Of a stretch of DNA of 64,000 bases, positions 36,663 through 46,224 are shown in pieces; within the stretch, counting starts at the first letter, position 1, and each line of letters begins with the position of its first letter. The position numbers were made by a program, and so were the translations under genes. Source of the stretch: Alphaproteobacteria bacterium (GTDB lineage Bacteria; Pseudomonadota; Alphaproteobacteria; UBA828; JAPUJA01); NCBI GenBank assembly GCA_963694715.1, contig CAVOEB010000005.1, positions 3,447 to 67,446 on the forward strand, given 5' to 3'. The notes under the pieces were generated by a model, which saw only the letters and a program-made list of their open reading frames with translations, was not told the origin of the DNA and ran no database searches.

Positions 36663-38291
36663 TTAGCCAAGGGCAAAGCCTTCGTAGCCCTTTGAGACGA
36701 TCTCGTCGCATTTTTTTACATATTGAGGAAAGCCGATATAGGACAGGAAGACCCGCGCCTTGCCCGGGATGTTCGAGCCGACATACCAGGAATCCTGCAA
36801 CGGATAGACCGACCGGTCGGCCACTTCGTTGACATGAGCGACCCAGGCGTCCTGGGCTTCGGCCGTCGCCTCAATGCGGCTATGGCCGTGTTCTCGCATG
36901 TAGTCCAAGCAATCGGCGATGAACTCGACATGCTGTTCGATGGACTGAACCATATTGCTCAAGACCGACGGGCTGCCCGGTCCGGTGATCATGAACAGGT
37001 TGGGAAAGCCCGCAACGCTGAGCCCCAGAAGCGTGCGCGCGCCATTATCCCAGTTGGCGGCGAAAGACAGGCCGCCCCGGCCGCGGATATCGACACGCGT
37101 AAGCGCGCCAGTCACGGCGTCGAAGCCAGTAGCAAAGACGATGGCGTCGAGCTCGCACTCCCTATCGCCGACCCGAAGCCCGGTCGGTGTGATCTCCTCG
37201 ATCGGCGTTTTGCTCACATCGACGAGGGTGACGTTCTCCCGGTTATAAGTGGCGTAGTAGTCCGTATCGACGCACAACCGCTTGCACCCAATCAGAAAAT
37301 GGGGCGAAAGACTTTTGGCGACCTCCGGATCGCGAACAGTCTCACGGATCTTTGAACGGACATATTCGCCCGCGGTGTCGTTGGCCTCGACTGTGTCGAA
37401 CAGATCGGCGTACGCGCCCATATACGCGACCCCGCCCAGCGCCCAGCGGGCCGTATACTCGCGCTTGCGTTCTTCGGGCGTGACCTCGAAGGCGCTCTTT
37501 TCACTAACATCGAACAAGATGCCCGATCGGTTCTGCCTCGCCTTGGCGCGAAGTTCGGCGTAATGGGCCTTGAAGTCCTGCTGCTTTTCGGGAGAAAGCA
37601 GCTTGTTATGAGCCGGCACGCTGAAGCTCGGCGTACGCTGGAAGACAAGGAGCTGCTTCGCCTGCTCCGCGATCAGCGGGATAGCCTGGATACCCGACGA
37701 CCCGGTGCCGATGACGCCGACCCGCTGGCCGCTGAAATCGACCCCCGTCTCGGGCCAGTCGCCGGTGTGGTAGGTGGCGCCCGTGAAGTTGTCCAGACCC
37801 TTGAAATCCGGGATGTTGCGCGCCGACATGCAGCCCGTCGCCATGATGCAGAAGCGCGCCGTGACCACATCGTCGTGGTCGGTTTCAACGGTCCAGAGAG
37901 CGCCGTCTTCGTCGAAGTGCGCCCTCGTGACCCGAGTCTCGAACTGGATGTCGCGGCGCAGGTCGAAGCGGTCGGCAACGTGATCCAGGTAGCGCAGGAC
38001 CTCGGGCTGGGTGGCGTAGCGCTCGCTCCACTCCCACTCTTGCTGGAGCGCTTCGTCGAACTGGTAGGAATATTCCATGCTCTCGACATCGCAGCGCGCG
38101 CCGGGATAGCGGTTCCAGAACCAGGTCCCGCCGACCCCGCTGCCATCTTCGAAGACCCGTACGGAAAAGCCCATGCCACGCAGCTTATGGAGCATGTAGA
38201 GCCCGGCAAACCCGGCGCCGACAACGACGGCGTCAACTTCGCTTTCGGGAGCAGGACTATGGGTTTGGGATGACGATTGCGCAGACGACAT
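36663..38291 (-). CDS. Baeyer-Villiger monooxygenase (type I, FAD/NADPH)
   Basis: 542 aa with GAGFAG, GGTWFWNRYPGARCD, BVMO fingerprint FTGATYHTGDWP and a second Rossmann motif GVIGTGSSG. Confidence 0.88.
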   Translation of the reverse strand: MSSAQSSSQTHSPAPESEVDAVVVGAGFAGLYMLHKLRGMGFSVRVFEDGSGVGGTWFWNRYPGARCDVESMEYSYQFDEALQQEWEWSERYATQPEVLRYLDHVADRFDLRRDIQFETRVTRAHFDEDGALWTVETDHDDVVTARFCIMATGCMSARNIPDFKGLDNFTGATYHTGDWPETGVDFSGQRVGVIGTGSSGIQAIPLIAEQAKQLLVFQRTPSFSVPAHNKLLSPEKQQDFKAHYAELRAKARQNRSGILFDVSEKSAFEVTPEERKREYTARWALGGVAYMGAYADLFDTVEANDTAGEYVRSKIRETVRDPEVAKSLSPHFLIGCKRLCVDTDYYATYNRENVTLVDVSKTPIEEITPTGLRVGDRECELDAIVFATGFDAVTGALTRVDIRGRGGLSFAANWDNGARTLLGLSVAGFPNLFMITGPGSPSVLSNMVQSIEQHVEFIADCLDYMREHGHSRIEATAEAQDAWVAHVNEVADRSVYPLQDSWYVGSNIPGKARVFLSYIGFPQYVKKCDEIVSKGYEGFALG

Positions 38292-38351
38292 GGATACACC
38301 TCTAGCTCGTGCGCGGGGGCAGTCAAAGATTTGGTCGCGTCGGGGCTCGTG

Positions 38352-39836
38352 TCAAGCGGATATGGCCACTCGGCGGTGGCGGCGGAGCGTAAGCGAGGTT
38401 TCCTGATCCTCATAACGCAGGTAATTCGTGTCGACCATTCGGATTAACGAGGCGACCGTCTCCAGCTCGGGCGAAGACAGGGTGGAAAAATCGCGACGCG
38501 TTGGGCCGGCGGCACGCATCTTTTCGATATCGCTTTCAGGCACCAACGCACGCAGAAACAGCTCGTCGTCGGAGAGGTCGGCGCCAAGCTCCTTGCGTAG
38601 CTCTTCTAGGGTGGGTTGGGGCGGCGGCGTATTGGCAACCTGCTTTGCGCGCGGCGCGCTCATGATGCGATCGAGAATGTCCGGCTTGATCTCGCCCACG
38701 GGCTCGCCGTAAAGGCCTGCGGCATACTGGATGACCTCGTCGGGGATCACCGAATAGCGCTTGCCGGTGACGACGTTGAGCACCGCGAGAGTACCCACGA
38801 GCTGGGAAAACGGCGTCGCCATCCCCGGATAGCCGAGCTCGCGGCGGACCACCGCGGTCTCGCGCAGGACGTCGCCGTATTTTTCGGGCATGCCATGCTG
38901 GGCGAGCTGGTTCTTGAAGGTACCCGTCATGCCGCCCGGCACCTGATGTTGGGCGTAAAATAGGTCGTACTCCTGGGGCACGCCGACGGCGTAGCCCATC
39001 GCCTTAGCGACCGCGCGGAAATTTTCCTCGATGGCGGGGCAGTGGGACAGATCGAGCCCGTGGCTGTGTCCGGCAGCCTCCATATTACGCGCCATGGTGT
39101 CGACCGAAGGCGGCGCGGGACCGTCCGAGAGCGGCCGGTTGCAGGTGTGGAACCGGTCGATCCCGAGCTCGACCGCCGCCAGGTAGGTGTGTGAGGCGAT
39201 GCCGATCGAATTATGGCAGATCAGCTCGATTGTCCGCCCGCCCGCCGCCGCCTGGATCCCAGGGATCAGGGTGCGCGCGCGCTCGGGCGTGAGCACACCG
39301 GATGCGTCGTAAATGAGAAAACGGTCGACGTCGGGACTGGCGGCATAGAGTTTCGTGCGCTCGGCATAAAAGGCGTCCGTATGCACCGGGCTGTCGGCAT
39401 AGAACAGCGCGATGACGACCATTGCATCAGTCTCCTTCGCAACCCTCGCAAGCCGGTGGGCCTTATCGGCATTGGCAAGCAGCACGTCATAGATCCAGAC
39501 CGTGTCCATACCGTGGGCACAGAGCCGGCGCATCCAGAGGTCCATGATCGAATCGGGCGAGACCGAAAAGGTCACAGCCGCGTTGGTCCGCATGCCCGCG
39601 CGGAACCGGCTGTTGGGCATGGATGCCACCATCAAGTCCAGGCCCTCCCAGGGATCTTCCTGGCAATAGCGGATCAGCACTTCGAACTGGGAACTCCCGC
39701 CTATGTCGACGACCTCGTAACCGACCTTGTCGATCAGCGGCGTGGCGGGCAGCGCCTGGCCCGCCTGCATGCGCATGCCCCAGTGACATTGCTGGCCGTC
39801 GCGCAGCGTGGTGTCGATAAACTCGATGTGGGCCAT
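38352..39836 (-). CDS. Carboxyltransferase subunit of the pyruvate-carboxylase/oxaloacetate-decarboxylase (5S, HMGL-like) type, without biotinyl domain; atypical active-site motifs
   Basis: 494 aa with FIDTTLRDGQQ, EDPWEGL and HQVPGGMTGTFKNQL...PFSQLVGTLAVLNV matching the OadA/PycB fold. IYDASG replaces the usual IKDMAG, and ICHNSIG replaces H-x-H-D-T-S-G. Confidence 0.75.
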   Translation of the reverse strand: MAHIEFIDTTLRDGQQCHWGMRMQAGQALPATPLIDKVGYEVVDIGGSSQFEVLIRYCQEDPWEGLDLMVASMPNSRFRAGMRTNAAVTFSVSPDSIMDLWMRRLCAHGMDTVWIYDVLLANADKAHRLARVAKETDAMVVIALFYADSPVHTDAFYAERTKLYAASPDVDRFLIYDASGVLTPERARTLIPGIQAAAGGRTIELICHNSIGIASHTYLAAVELGIDRFHTCNRPLSDGPAPPSVDTMARNMEAAGHSHGLDLSHCPAIEENFRAVAKAMGYAVGVPQEYDLFYAQHQVPGGMTGTFKNQLAQHGMPEKYGDVLRETAVVRRELGYPGMATPFSQLVGTLAVLNVVTGKRYSVIPDEVIQYAAGLYGEPVGEIKPDILDRIMSAPRAKQVANTPPPQPTLEELRKELGADLSDDELFLRALVPESDIEKMRAAGPTRRDFSTLSSPELETVASLIRMVDTNYLRYEDQETSLTLRRHRRVAISA

Positions 39837-39840
39837 GGTG

Positions 39841-41211
39841 TCAGCCTTCCTGGGCGTTGACGGCGAGCATCAGAACAGATTCGAGCCAGCGCACGCTCAC
39901 CCCGCCCCGGACGAAATCGGGATGGGCGAGCAGTGCGCGCTGAAACGCGATATTGGTCTCGATCCCTTCGACGGCGAAGTCGTCGAGGGCGGCGCCCAGC
40001 CGCGCCAGCGCCTCGGCGCGGGTCGGCGCATAGGCGATCAGCTTGCCAATCATGGAATCATAGAATGGGGGCACCAGATCGCCCTCACGAATGTGGCTGT
40101 CGAGGCGCAGGCCCTCGCCCGCTGGCGGGCGCCAGGTGGTGACGCGCCCTGGCGAGGGCGCAAAATCCCGGCCCGGCGATTCCGCGTTGATACGGCACTC
40201 GATCGCATGACCGCGAAGCACAACGTCGGCCTGGGCAAACGATAGCGGCGCGCCGCCCGCGATGCGCAGTTGCTCACGCACGATATCGATGCCGGTAACC
40301 ATCTCCGTGACCGGGTGCTCGACCTGGATGCGGGCGTTCATCTCGATGAAGCAGGGTTTGCCCCGGTCCATGTTGTAGAGAAACTCCACGGTTCCCGCGT
40401 TGCGATACCCGATATGGCGCACGAGCTGAAGCGCGGCTTCATGCAGACGGGCACGGGCCGCATCGGGCAGCACCGGAGCTGGCGCCTCCTCGACGACCTT
40501 CTGGTAGCGCCGTTGGGCGGAACAATCCCGCTCGCCGAGATGGACCGCGTTGCCGTGGTCGTCGGCCAGCACCTGCACCTCGATATGCCGGGCGTTGGCA
40601 ATAAAGCGCTCCATATAGAGCGTACCGTCGTTGAACGCGGCGGCCGCTTCCGCAGACGCTTTTTCAAAGCAGCCGCGAATCGCGTCAGCATCCGTGGCGA
40701 CGAACATGCCCCGCCCGCCCCCACCGGCCGCGGCCTTGATGACCACGGGGTAGCCCATCGCGTCCGCGCGGGCTACGGCCTCGTCCACCGAGCCCACCGC
40801 TTCCGAGCCCGGCATCAGCGGCACGCCCGCCTCGGCCGCGACGCGCCGGGCGGCGATCTTGTCGCCCAACTGCTCGATGGTCTCGGGCCGGGGCCCGATG
40901 AAGAGAATACCGTTCTCGGCGCACGCGCGGGCGAAACCGGCGTTCTCGGCGAGGAACCCGTAGCCGGGATGGAGCGCGTCGCAGCCCGTGCCCTTCGCGG
41001 CCATGACTAAGGCGCCGGGATTGAGGTAACTGGCTTGGGCAGCCGCGGGACCGACGCAAATGGCGCGCTCGGCCAGCTCGGCGCCGCGGCCCTCGCGATC
41101 GGCCTCGGAGACGCCGAGCACGGTCTCGATGCCCTCGGCGTGACACGCCTCGATGACCCGGACCGCGATCTCGCCCCGGTTCGCGACGAAGACGCGCGCG
41201 AGAGTGCCCAT
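39841..41211 (-). CDS. Biotin carboxylase subunit (ATP-grasp)
   Basis: 456 aa with RVFVANRGEIAVRVIEA, GYPVVIKAAAGGGGRGM, EMNARIQVEHPVTE and HAIECRINAE. Confidence 0.9.
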   Translation of the reverse strand: MGTLARVFVANRGEIAVRVIEACHAEGIETVLGVSEADREGRGAELAERAICVGPAAAQASYLNPGALVMAAKGTGCDALHPGYGFLAENAGFARACAENGILFIGPRPETIEQLGDKIAARRVAAEAGVPLMPGSEAVGSVDEAVARADAMGYPVVIKAAAGGGGRGMFVATDADAIRGCFEKASAEAAAAFNDGTLYMERFIANARHIEVQVLADDHGNAVHLGERDCSAQRRYQKVVEEAPAPVLPDAARARLHEAALQLVRHIGYRNAGTVEFLYNMDRGKPCFIEMNARIQVEHPVTEMVTGIDIVREQLRIAGGAPLSFAQADVVLRGHAIECRINAESPGRDFAPSPGRVTTWRPPAGEGLRLDSHIREGDLVPPFYDSMIGKLIAYAPTRAEALARLGAALDDFAVEGIETNIAFQRALLAHPDFVRGGVSVRWLESVLMLAVNAQEG

Positions 41212-41226
41212 AAACCGGTCGCGCGC

Positions 41227-41694
41227 TCAGTCGAGGGGATCGAGGCGGAAAAGCGGCTGATCGAATTCGACCATCTCGCCATCCTCAACCAGCACCTCGA
41301 CGATGCGCCCTTTGCTCCCCGCCTTAATCGGCGTGAACAGCTTCATGACCTCGATCAGGCAGACCTCGGTGTCCTCGTCGACGGTCGCGCCGATCTCGAT
41401 ATAGGCCGGCGCGCCGGGTTTGGGCCGGCGCCAGAACGTGCCTAGATTCGGCGCACGGACGAGCAAACCCTCGACCGGCTGGGGCGGCGAGGCAGGTGCG
41501 GGTGTCGTCGCGGGCTTTGTCGAGACAGGGGCTGGTGGCGTATCGGAGCGAGCGCTGGAGAAACCGCCATCGACATTGTCGGGATCGGTCGAGAGAAGCA
41601 ACGTCGCACCACCGACCTTGAGGCGCATTTCATCCCAGCCGGATTCGCGAAAAACGCGCGTGATCTGCTCGATATCCTGTTCGGTCAGTGCCAC
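41227..41694 (-). CDS. Biotin carboxyl carrier protein
   Basis: C-terminal biotinyl domain with VCLIEVMKLFTPIKA (E-x-MK-L biotinylation motif) after a Pro/Ala linker. Start placed at the GTG at 41694, preceded by GGGAG. The ORF track extends to 41817. Confidence 0.8.
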   Translation of the reverse strand: MALTEQDIEQITRVFRESGWDEMRLKVGGATLLLSTDPDNVDGGFSSARSDTPPAPVSTKPATTPAPASPPQPVEGLLVRAPNLGTFWRRPKPGAPAYIEIGATVDEDTEVCLIEVMKLFTPIKAGSKGRIVEVLVEDGEMVEFDQPLFRLDPLD

Positions 41695-41748
41695 GCTCCC
41701 TACCCCTCGTGTAACGCGCCCGGAATAGGTCAGCTTAGGCGGAAACAG

Positions 41749-41761
41749 ATTGTCAGACAAT
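41749..41761. promoter_or_regulatory. Candidate FadR-type GntR operator ATTGTCaGACAAT
   Basis: Perfect 6+1+6 palindrome fitting the T-GT-N3-AC-A FadR-subfamily pattern. It lies 55 nt upstream of the BCCP start, in the surE/BCCP divergent region. A near-identical copy is at 43554-43566. Confidence 0.5.
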
Positions 41762-41834
41762 ATCGTCTTGCGTATGCTCAGGCGTAGAGCCCGCCCGCCG
41801 GCTCTCGCCAGCCACAATCAAGGAACGAATTTCC

Positions 41835-42620
41835 ATGACCGCAGCACTGGTCGATCCGGCCAACCTTCGAATTTTGATTGTCAACGACGACGGCGTTCAC
41901 GCGCCGGGCATCGAGCGGATGGAGGCGTTCGCACACGAATTGTCGGACGACGTATGGATCGTGGCGCCGGAATACGACCAAAGCGGCACGGGCCATTCTC
42001 TGACGCTGGTCGATCCCATCCGTATCCGTCAATTGGGGGGAAAGCGCTTCGCCGTGCGCGGCACGCCAACCGACTGCGTGGTGATGGCGCGCAACCAGAT
42101 CATGCGGGACGCACTTCCCACCCTGGTGCTTTCGGGTGTGAACCGGGGGCTCAACGCCGCTGAGGACGTGACCTATTCGGGCACCATCGCGGGCGCCATG
42201 GAAGCGACGCTGCTGGGCATCCCGGCGATCTGCCTCAGCCAGGCCTTCCGCAACCGCAACGACGTAAAGTGGCAGACCGCGGAGCGTTACGGCCCCGATC
42301 TTCTGGCCCGGCTGATCGCTCATGGTTGGCCGGTGGGCACGTTTCTCAATGTCAACTTTCCTCCGGTCGACCCCGACGAGGTCAAGGGGGTGAAAATCAC
42401 CTGCCAGGGCCAGCGCGGCCAAAGTTCGCTCCAGATCACCGACCGCATCGACGCCCGCGGCTTTCCCTATTACTGGCTGCACCTCGACCACGAGAAGGCC
42501 GCCTACCCCGAGGATACGGACCTGGCAGCCCTCGACGCGGGCTACATCTCGGTAACCCCGCTGCAGCTCGATCTGACCAATCACGCCGCAATAGATTCAC
42601 TGCACGCGGCGCTGGCCTAG
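41835..42620 (+). CDS. surE: 5'/3'-nucleotidase SurE
   Basis: 261 aa with ILIVNDDGVHAPGI, GTGHSLT and SGVNRGLNAAEDVTYSGTIAGAMEA. Confidence 0.92.
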   Translation: MTAALVDPANLRILIVNDDGVHAPGIERMEAFAHELSDDVWIVAPEYDQSGTGHSLTLVDPIRIRQLGGKRFAVRGTPTDCVVMARNQIMRDALPTLVLSGVNRGLNAAEDVTYSGTIAGAMEATLLGIPAICLSQAFRNRNDVKWQTAERYGPDLLARLIAHGWPVGTFLNVNFPPVDPDEVKGVKITCQGQRGQSSLQITDRIDARGFPYYWLHLDHEKAAYPEDTDLAALDAGYISVTPLQLDLTNHAAIDSLHAALA

Positions 42621-42676
42621 CCGAGGCTTATGCCAGGTAAAGTGGTCGACTGACGCCACGTGGAAACGACGGTGCG

Positions 42677-43429
42677 TCAGCCACCGGCGGCGAACAGAGA
42701 ATCAGGCAGACGATCCAGGCGCGCACGCGTACGCCGTAAGTGGCGGCGCATGGCGCGCTCCGCGCCGCGCGCATCGCTCGCAAGAACCGACGCGGCGATG
42801 GCCTCGTATTCTTCAAAGAAATGGCGCGACGACGCCACCAGGGTCATCTGGCGGAACTGCATGCGCATCAGGTGCATCTGGAGCAGCGGTGTACTGTGCG
42901 AGAGTTCGAGGTTCCCGCCGATCTGCACCAGCGTGTCGTAAAACTCCGTGCGCGCCTGCATCAGCGCCATGCCCTCGGGGTGGGTACGAAATTGGAGCAC
43001 CCTTTCGAGCGCCGCCTCGAACCTGGCGCGGTGATCCGCTTCGCCGATCCGCTCGGCGGCCAGGCCTGCCCCGAGCGTGGCGAGACGCTCGAAGACCGCC
43101 AAAATATCGTGCATATCCGAGCGCGAAAGTGAGCGGACGTAGGCGCCACGATGGGCCACCAGGTCGATCAGCCCTTCCGCCGCAAGCCGCTTGAGCGCCT
43201 CGCGCACCGTGCCGCGCGAGACGCCGTACTCCGCGGTCAGATCGGCTTCGATCAACCGTTGACCCGGGACATAACGGCCCGACTGGATCCCGTCATTGAG
43301 CGCCGCCACAAGCTGGTCGGGCGAACTGGGACCGTGGCGTGGCGCGGCGGCGCGGCGAGCAGTGCTAATTGGGGCGGTCGTTGCAGTCACGAGAGTCTTC
43401 TTTTGTGGTTGGCGACGATTGCCGATCAT
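42677..43429 (-). CDS. GntR-family transcriptional regulator, FadR/FCD subfamily
   Basis: 250 aa with wHTH LIEADLTAEYGVSRGTVREALKRLAAEGLI and an all-helical FCD-like C-domain. Confidence 0.85.
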   Translation of the reverse strand: MIGNRRQPQKKTLVTATTAPISTARRAAAPRHGPSSPDQLVAALNDGIQSGRYVPGQRLIEADLTAEYGVSRGTVREALKRLAAEGLIDLVAHRGAYVRSLSRSDMHDILAVFERLATLGAGLAAERIGEADHRARFEAALERVLQFRTHPEGMALMQARTEFYDTLVQIGGNLELSHSTPLLQMHLMRMQFRQMTLVASSRHFFEEYEAIAASVLASDARGAERAMRRHLRRTRARLDRLPDSLFAAGG

Positions 43430-43553
43430 CCGGCATAATTATCAAATCCCGCCGTCGCGAGATAGCCACTCGCTCGACCCGGCACCCGGCGGCTGGCGGT
43501 GGGGCCGGCGCGGATGTAAGCTGACTCGGATCGGGGAAATCTCCAACCTGAAT

Positions 43554-43566
43554 ATTGTCGGACAAT
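43554..43566. promoter_or_regulatory. Candidate FadR-type GntR operator ATTGTCgGACAAT
   Basis: Perfect 6+1+6 palindrome in the divergent region between the GntR gene (start 43429) and the thiolase-like gene (start 43611). Differs from the 41749-41761 copy only at the central base. Confidence 0.55.
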
Positions 43567-43610
43567 TGTATAGCTATCCGACCGCCTGCCCCCCCTTGGG
43601 AGAAGACGAT

Positions 43611-44777
43611 ATGACCGGATGCATGGTAGGCTGGGCCCATACGCCCTTCGGCAGGCTCGACGACGAGGACACGGAATCGCTGATCGTGCGCGTCGTGCGC
43701 GAGGCAGTGGCTGATGCGGACATCGGCTTCGAGGATATCGACGAGATCGTCCTCGGCCAATATAACGGCGGCTTCGATCCCCAGGGTTTTCCCTCCTCCC
43801 TGGCACTTCAGGCCGACCCGGCACTTCGCTTCACACGGACCACCCGTGTCGAGAATGCCTGTGCGACAGGCACGGCGGCGATCTACCAGGGCCTGCGCAG
43901 CCTGGAGGCAAAGCAAGCCCGCTTCGTACTCGCCATCGGCGTTGAAAAGATGACCGCGGCCGAGCGCGCGCGGGTCCCCAAGATTCTGCTGAGCGGCAGC
44001 TACGTCAAGGAAGAGGCGGACATCGAGGGCGGCTTCGCCGGTATTTTCGCGCAAGTTGCGCGGGCCTATTTCCAGCGCTTCGGCGAGCAAAGCGACGCCA
44101 TGGCGCGAATCGCCGCGAAAAATCACAAGAACGGCTCGGTCAACCCCTACGCCCATGTGCGCAAGGACCTGGGTTTCGAATTCTGCCGCACGGTCTCGGA
44201 CAAGAACCCAATGGTCTGCGATCCCTTGCGGCGCACCGATTGCTCGATGGTCTCGGACGGCGCCGCCGCGGTCGTGCTGACCGATACCGCCACCGCGCTG
44301 GGGCGGAAGAAGGCGGTAATCTTTCGCGCCGCCCAGCAGGTCAACGATTTTCTACCCATGAGCCGGCGCGACGTGGTGCTCTACGAAGGACCGGAGCGGG
44401 CTTTCCAGAAAGCCTATGATGAAGCCGGAGTGAGCGTGAACGATCTCGATTTTGCCGAGGTCCACGACTGCTTCACCATCGCCGAGCTGATGATCTACGA
44501 GGCCATGGGCCTGACGCCGAAAGGCGAAGGCGCGCGCGCCATCGACGAGGGCTGGACCGAGAAGAACGGTCGCTTGCCGGTCAACCCCTCGGGCGGGCTG
44601 AAGGCCAAGGGCCACCCCATCGGCGCCACGGGAGTCTCGATGCATGTGGTCGCCGCCGAGCAGCTCATGGGCAGTGCGGACGCCATGCAGATCTCCGGCG
44701 CCGAGCTCGGCGCCGTGTTCAACATGGGCGGTGCCGGGGTCGCCAATTGCACGAGTCTGCTCGAGCGCCTGCGCTGA
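43611..44777 (+). CDS. Thiolase-fold protein (SCP-x/lipid-transfer-type thiolase-like)
   Basis: Start trimmed to the ATG at 43611 (RBS GGGAGAAG). Contains [12 protein letters not shown] (active-site Cys), GHPIGATGV and NMGGAG. Confidence 0.8.
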   Translation: MTGCMVGWAHTPFGRLDDEDTESLIVRVVREAVADADIGFEDIDEIVLGQYNGGFDPQGFPSSLALQADPALRFTRTTRVENACATGTAAIYQGLRSLEAKQARFVLAIGVEKMTAAERARVPKILLSGSYVKEEADIEGGFAGIFAQVARAYFQRFGEQSDAMARIAAKNHKNGSVNPYAHVRKDLGFEFCRTVSDKNPMVCDPLRRTDCSMVSDGAAAVVLTDTATALGRKKAVIFRAAQQVNDFLPMSRRDVVLYEGPERAFQKAYDEAGVSVNDLDFAEVHDCFTIAELMIYEAMGLTPKGEGARAIDEGWTEKNGRLPVNPSGGLKAKGHPIGATGVSMHVVAAEQLMGSADAMQISGAELGAVFNMGGAGVANCTSLLERLR

Positions 44778-44800
44778 GCCTTTTTTTTCAGGAGTATGTC

Positions 44801-46192
44801 ATGACCGAGCTTCGCCCGAACGAGCCGGACCTTGCCGCCCTCGACCGGGCGGGCATGATCCACCCCTTCTCGCAACTCCACGATCAGGCGCGCAAGGACC
44901 CTCTGATTTTCACCCACGGACAAGGTGTGACTATCACGGACGCGGCCGGGCGCGACTATATCGACGCGGGTTCGTCCCTGTGGTGCGTCAACGTCGGCTA
45001 TGGGCGCGACGAGATCGTCGAAGCGGCGGCCGAGCAGATGCGCACCCTGCCCTTCGTTCATATCTTCAGCAGCAACTCCCACGCACCGGTCATTCGTCTG
45101 ACCGAGAAGCTGCTCGAATTGGCGCCCGCCAATATGTCCAAGGTGCTCTTCGGCAACGGCGGCTCGGACGCGAACGACACCCAGGTCAAGATCGCCTGGT
45201 ACTACAACAACGCCCGCGGTAAACCCGCCAAAAAGAAGATCATTTCGCGGCGGCGTGCGTATCACGGCGCCACGGTCGTCGCGGGTAGCCTTACGGGTCA
45301 TGAGATCGTCCATAGCGGCTTCGACCTGCCGCTCGATTTCGTGCGCCATACCGACTGTCCCGACTGGCATCGGCGCGGCGACGCGGCCCAGACGCCCGAG
45401 GAGCACGCAACCGCACTGGCCGAGCAGCTCGACGCACTGATCGAAGCGGAGGGTCCGGACACGGTCGCCGCCTTCATCTCCGAGCCGATCATGGGCGGCG
45501 GCGGCGTGCTCGTGCCCCCGCCGGCCTACGGCCCCGCGGTGCAGGAGGTGCTGGCCCGGCACGACGTGCTGTTTATTGCCGACGAGGTGATCTGCGGCTT
45601 CGGTCGTACGGGAAACTGGTGGGGCTCGGAGACGGTGGGTTTTGCGCCTGACCTGATGAGCGTCGCCAAAGGCATCACCAGCGCCTATCTACCCATGTCG
45701 GCCTGCCTGATCTCGGACAAGGTGTGGGAGGCGCTCGATGCCGGCGCGGCGACGCTGGGCCCGTTCGGCCACGGCTTTACGACTACAGGGCACCCGGTGG
45801 CCGCGGCGGTGGCGCTCAAGAATATAGAGATTATCGAACGCGAGGACCTGGTGGGCAATTCGCGGCGTACCGGCGATTACCTGATCGCGCGACTGCGTGC
45901 CGAACTGGGCGATCACCCGTTGGTCGGCGAGATCCGGGGGGCAGGATTGCTGGCCGGGGTCGAACTCGATGCCGACAAGGAAACTCGCACGCCTTTCGAA
46001 GATGCGATGGCGGTGGGCTCGCGGCTCGGTAAGCTGTGCCTTGAGAATGGGCTGATCGTGCGCGGTGCGCTGGGCAAAGCGGTCGCCGCCATGGCGCCGC
46101 CCCTGATCGCCACCGAATCCGACGCCGACGAGATCGTCGCGCGACTGGGCCGCTCCCTCGACCAACTGCATGATGCCCTCCAGGCCGAGTAG
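44801..46192 (+). CDS. Class-III PLP-dependent aminotransferase (omega-amine:pyruvate transaminase-like)
   Basis: Start trimmed to the ATG at 44801 (RBS AGGAG). Contains [37 protein letters not shown] and [10 protein letters not shown] (PLP Lys). Confidence 0.85.
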   Translation: MTELRPNEPDLAALDRAGMIHPFSQLHDQARKDPLIFTHGQGVTITDAAGRDYIDAGSSLWCVNVGYGRDEIVEAAAEQMRTLPFVHIFSSNSHAPVIRLTEKLLELAPANMSKVLFGNGGSDANDTQVKIAWYYNNARGKPAKKKIISRRRAYHGATVVAGSLTGHEIVHSGFDLPLDFVRHTDCPDWHRRGDAAQTPEEHATALAEQLDALIEAEGPDTVAAFISEPIMGGGGVLVPPPAYGPAVQEVLARHDVLFIADEVICGFGRTGNWWGSETVGFAPDLMSVAKGITSAYLPMSACLISDKVWEALDAGAATLGPFGHGFTTTGHPVAAAVALKNIEIIEREDLVGNSRRTGDYLIARLRAELGDHPLVGEIRGAGLLAGVELDADKETRTPFEDAMAVGSRLGKLCLENGLIVRGALGKAVAAMAPPLIATESDADEIVARLGRSLDQLHDALQAE

Positions 46193-46224
46193 ACCGGTGC
46201 GGGCACGGTGATGAAGGGAAGAGC

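Noticed and set aside
30690-41834. A classical tRNA-integrated genomic island from tRNA-Arg to surE.
   Set aside because: There is no integrase, excisionase, transposase or conjugation gene. I found no direct repeat of the tRNA 3' end by eye. Only composition and accessory gene content hint at it.
41695-41834. A guanidine (ykkC) or other riboswitch ahead of the carboxylase operon, by analogy with urea or guanidine carboxylase clusters.
   Set aside because: The leader is at most ~55 nt after the operator. It lacks the conserved ykkC segments and is only superficially G-rich (ACGAGGGGTAGGGAG, which doubles as the RBS).
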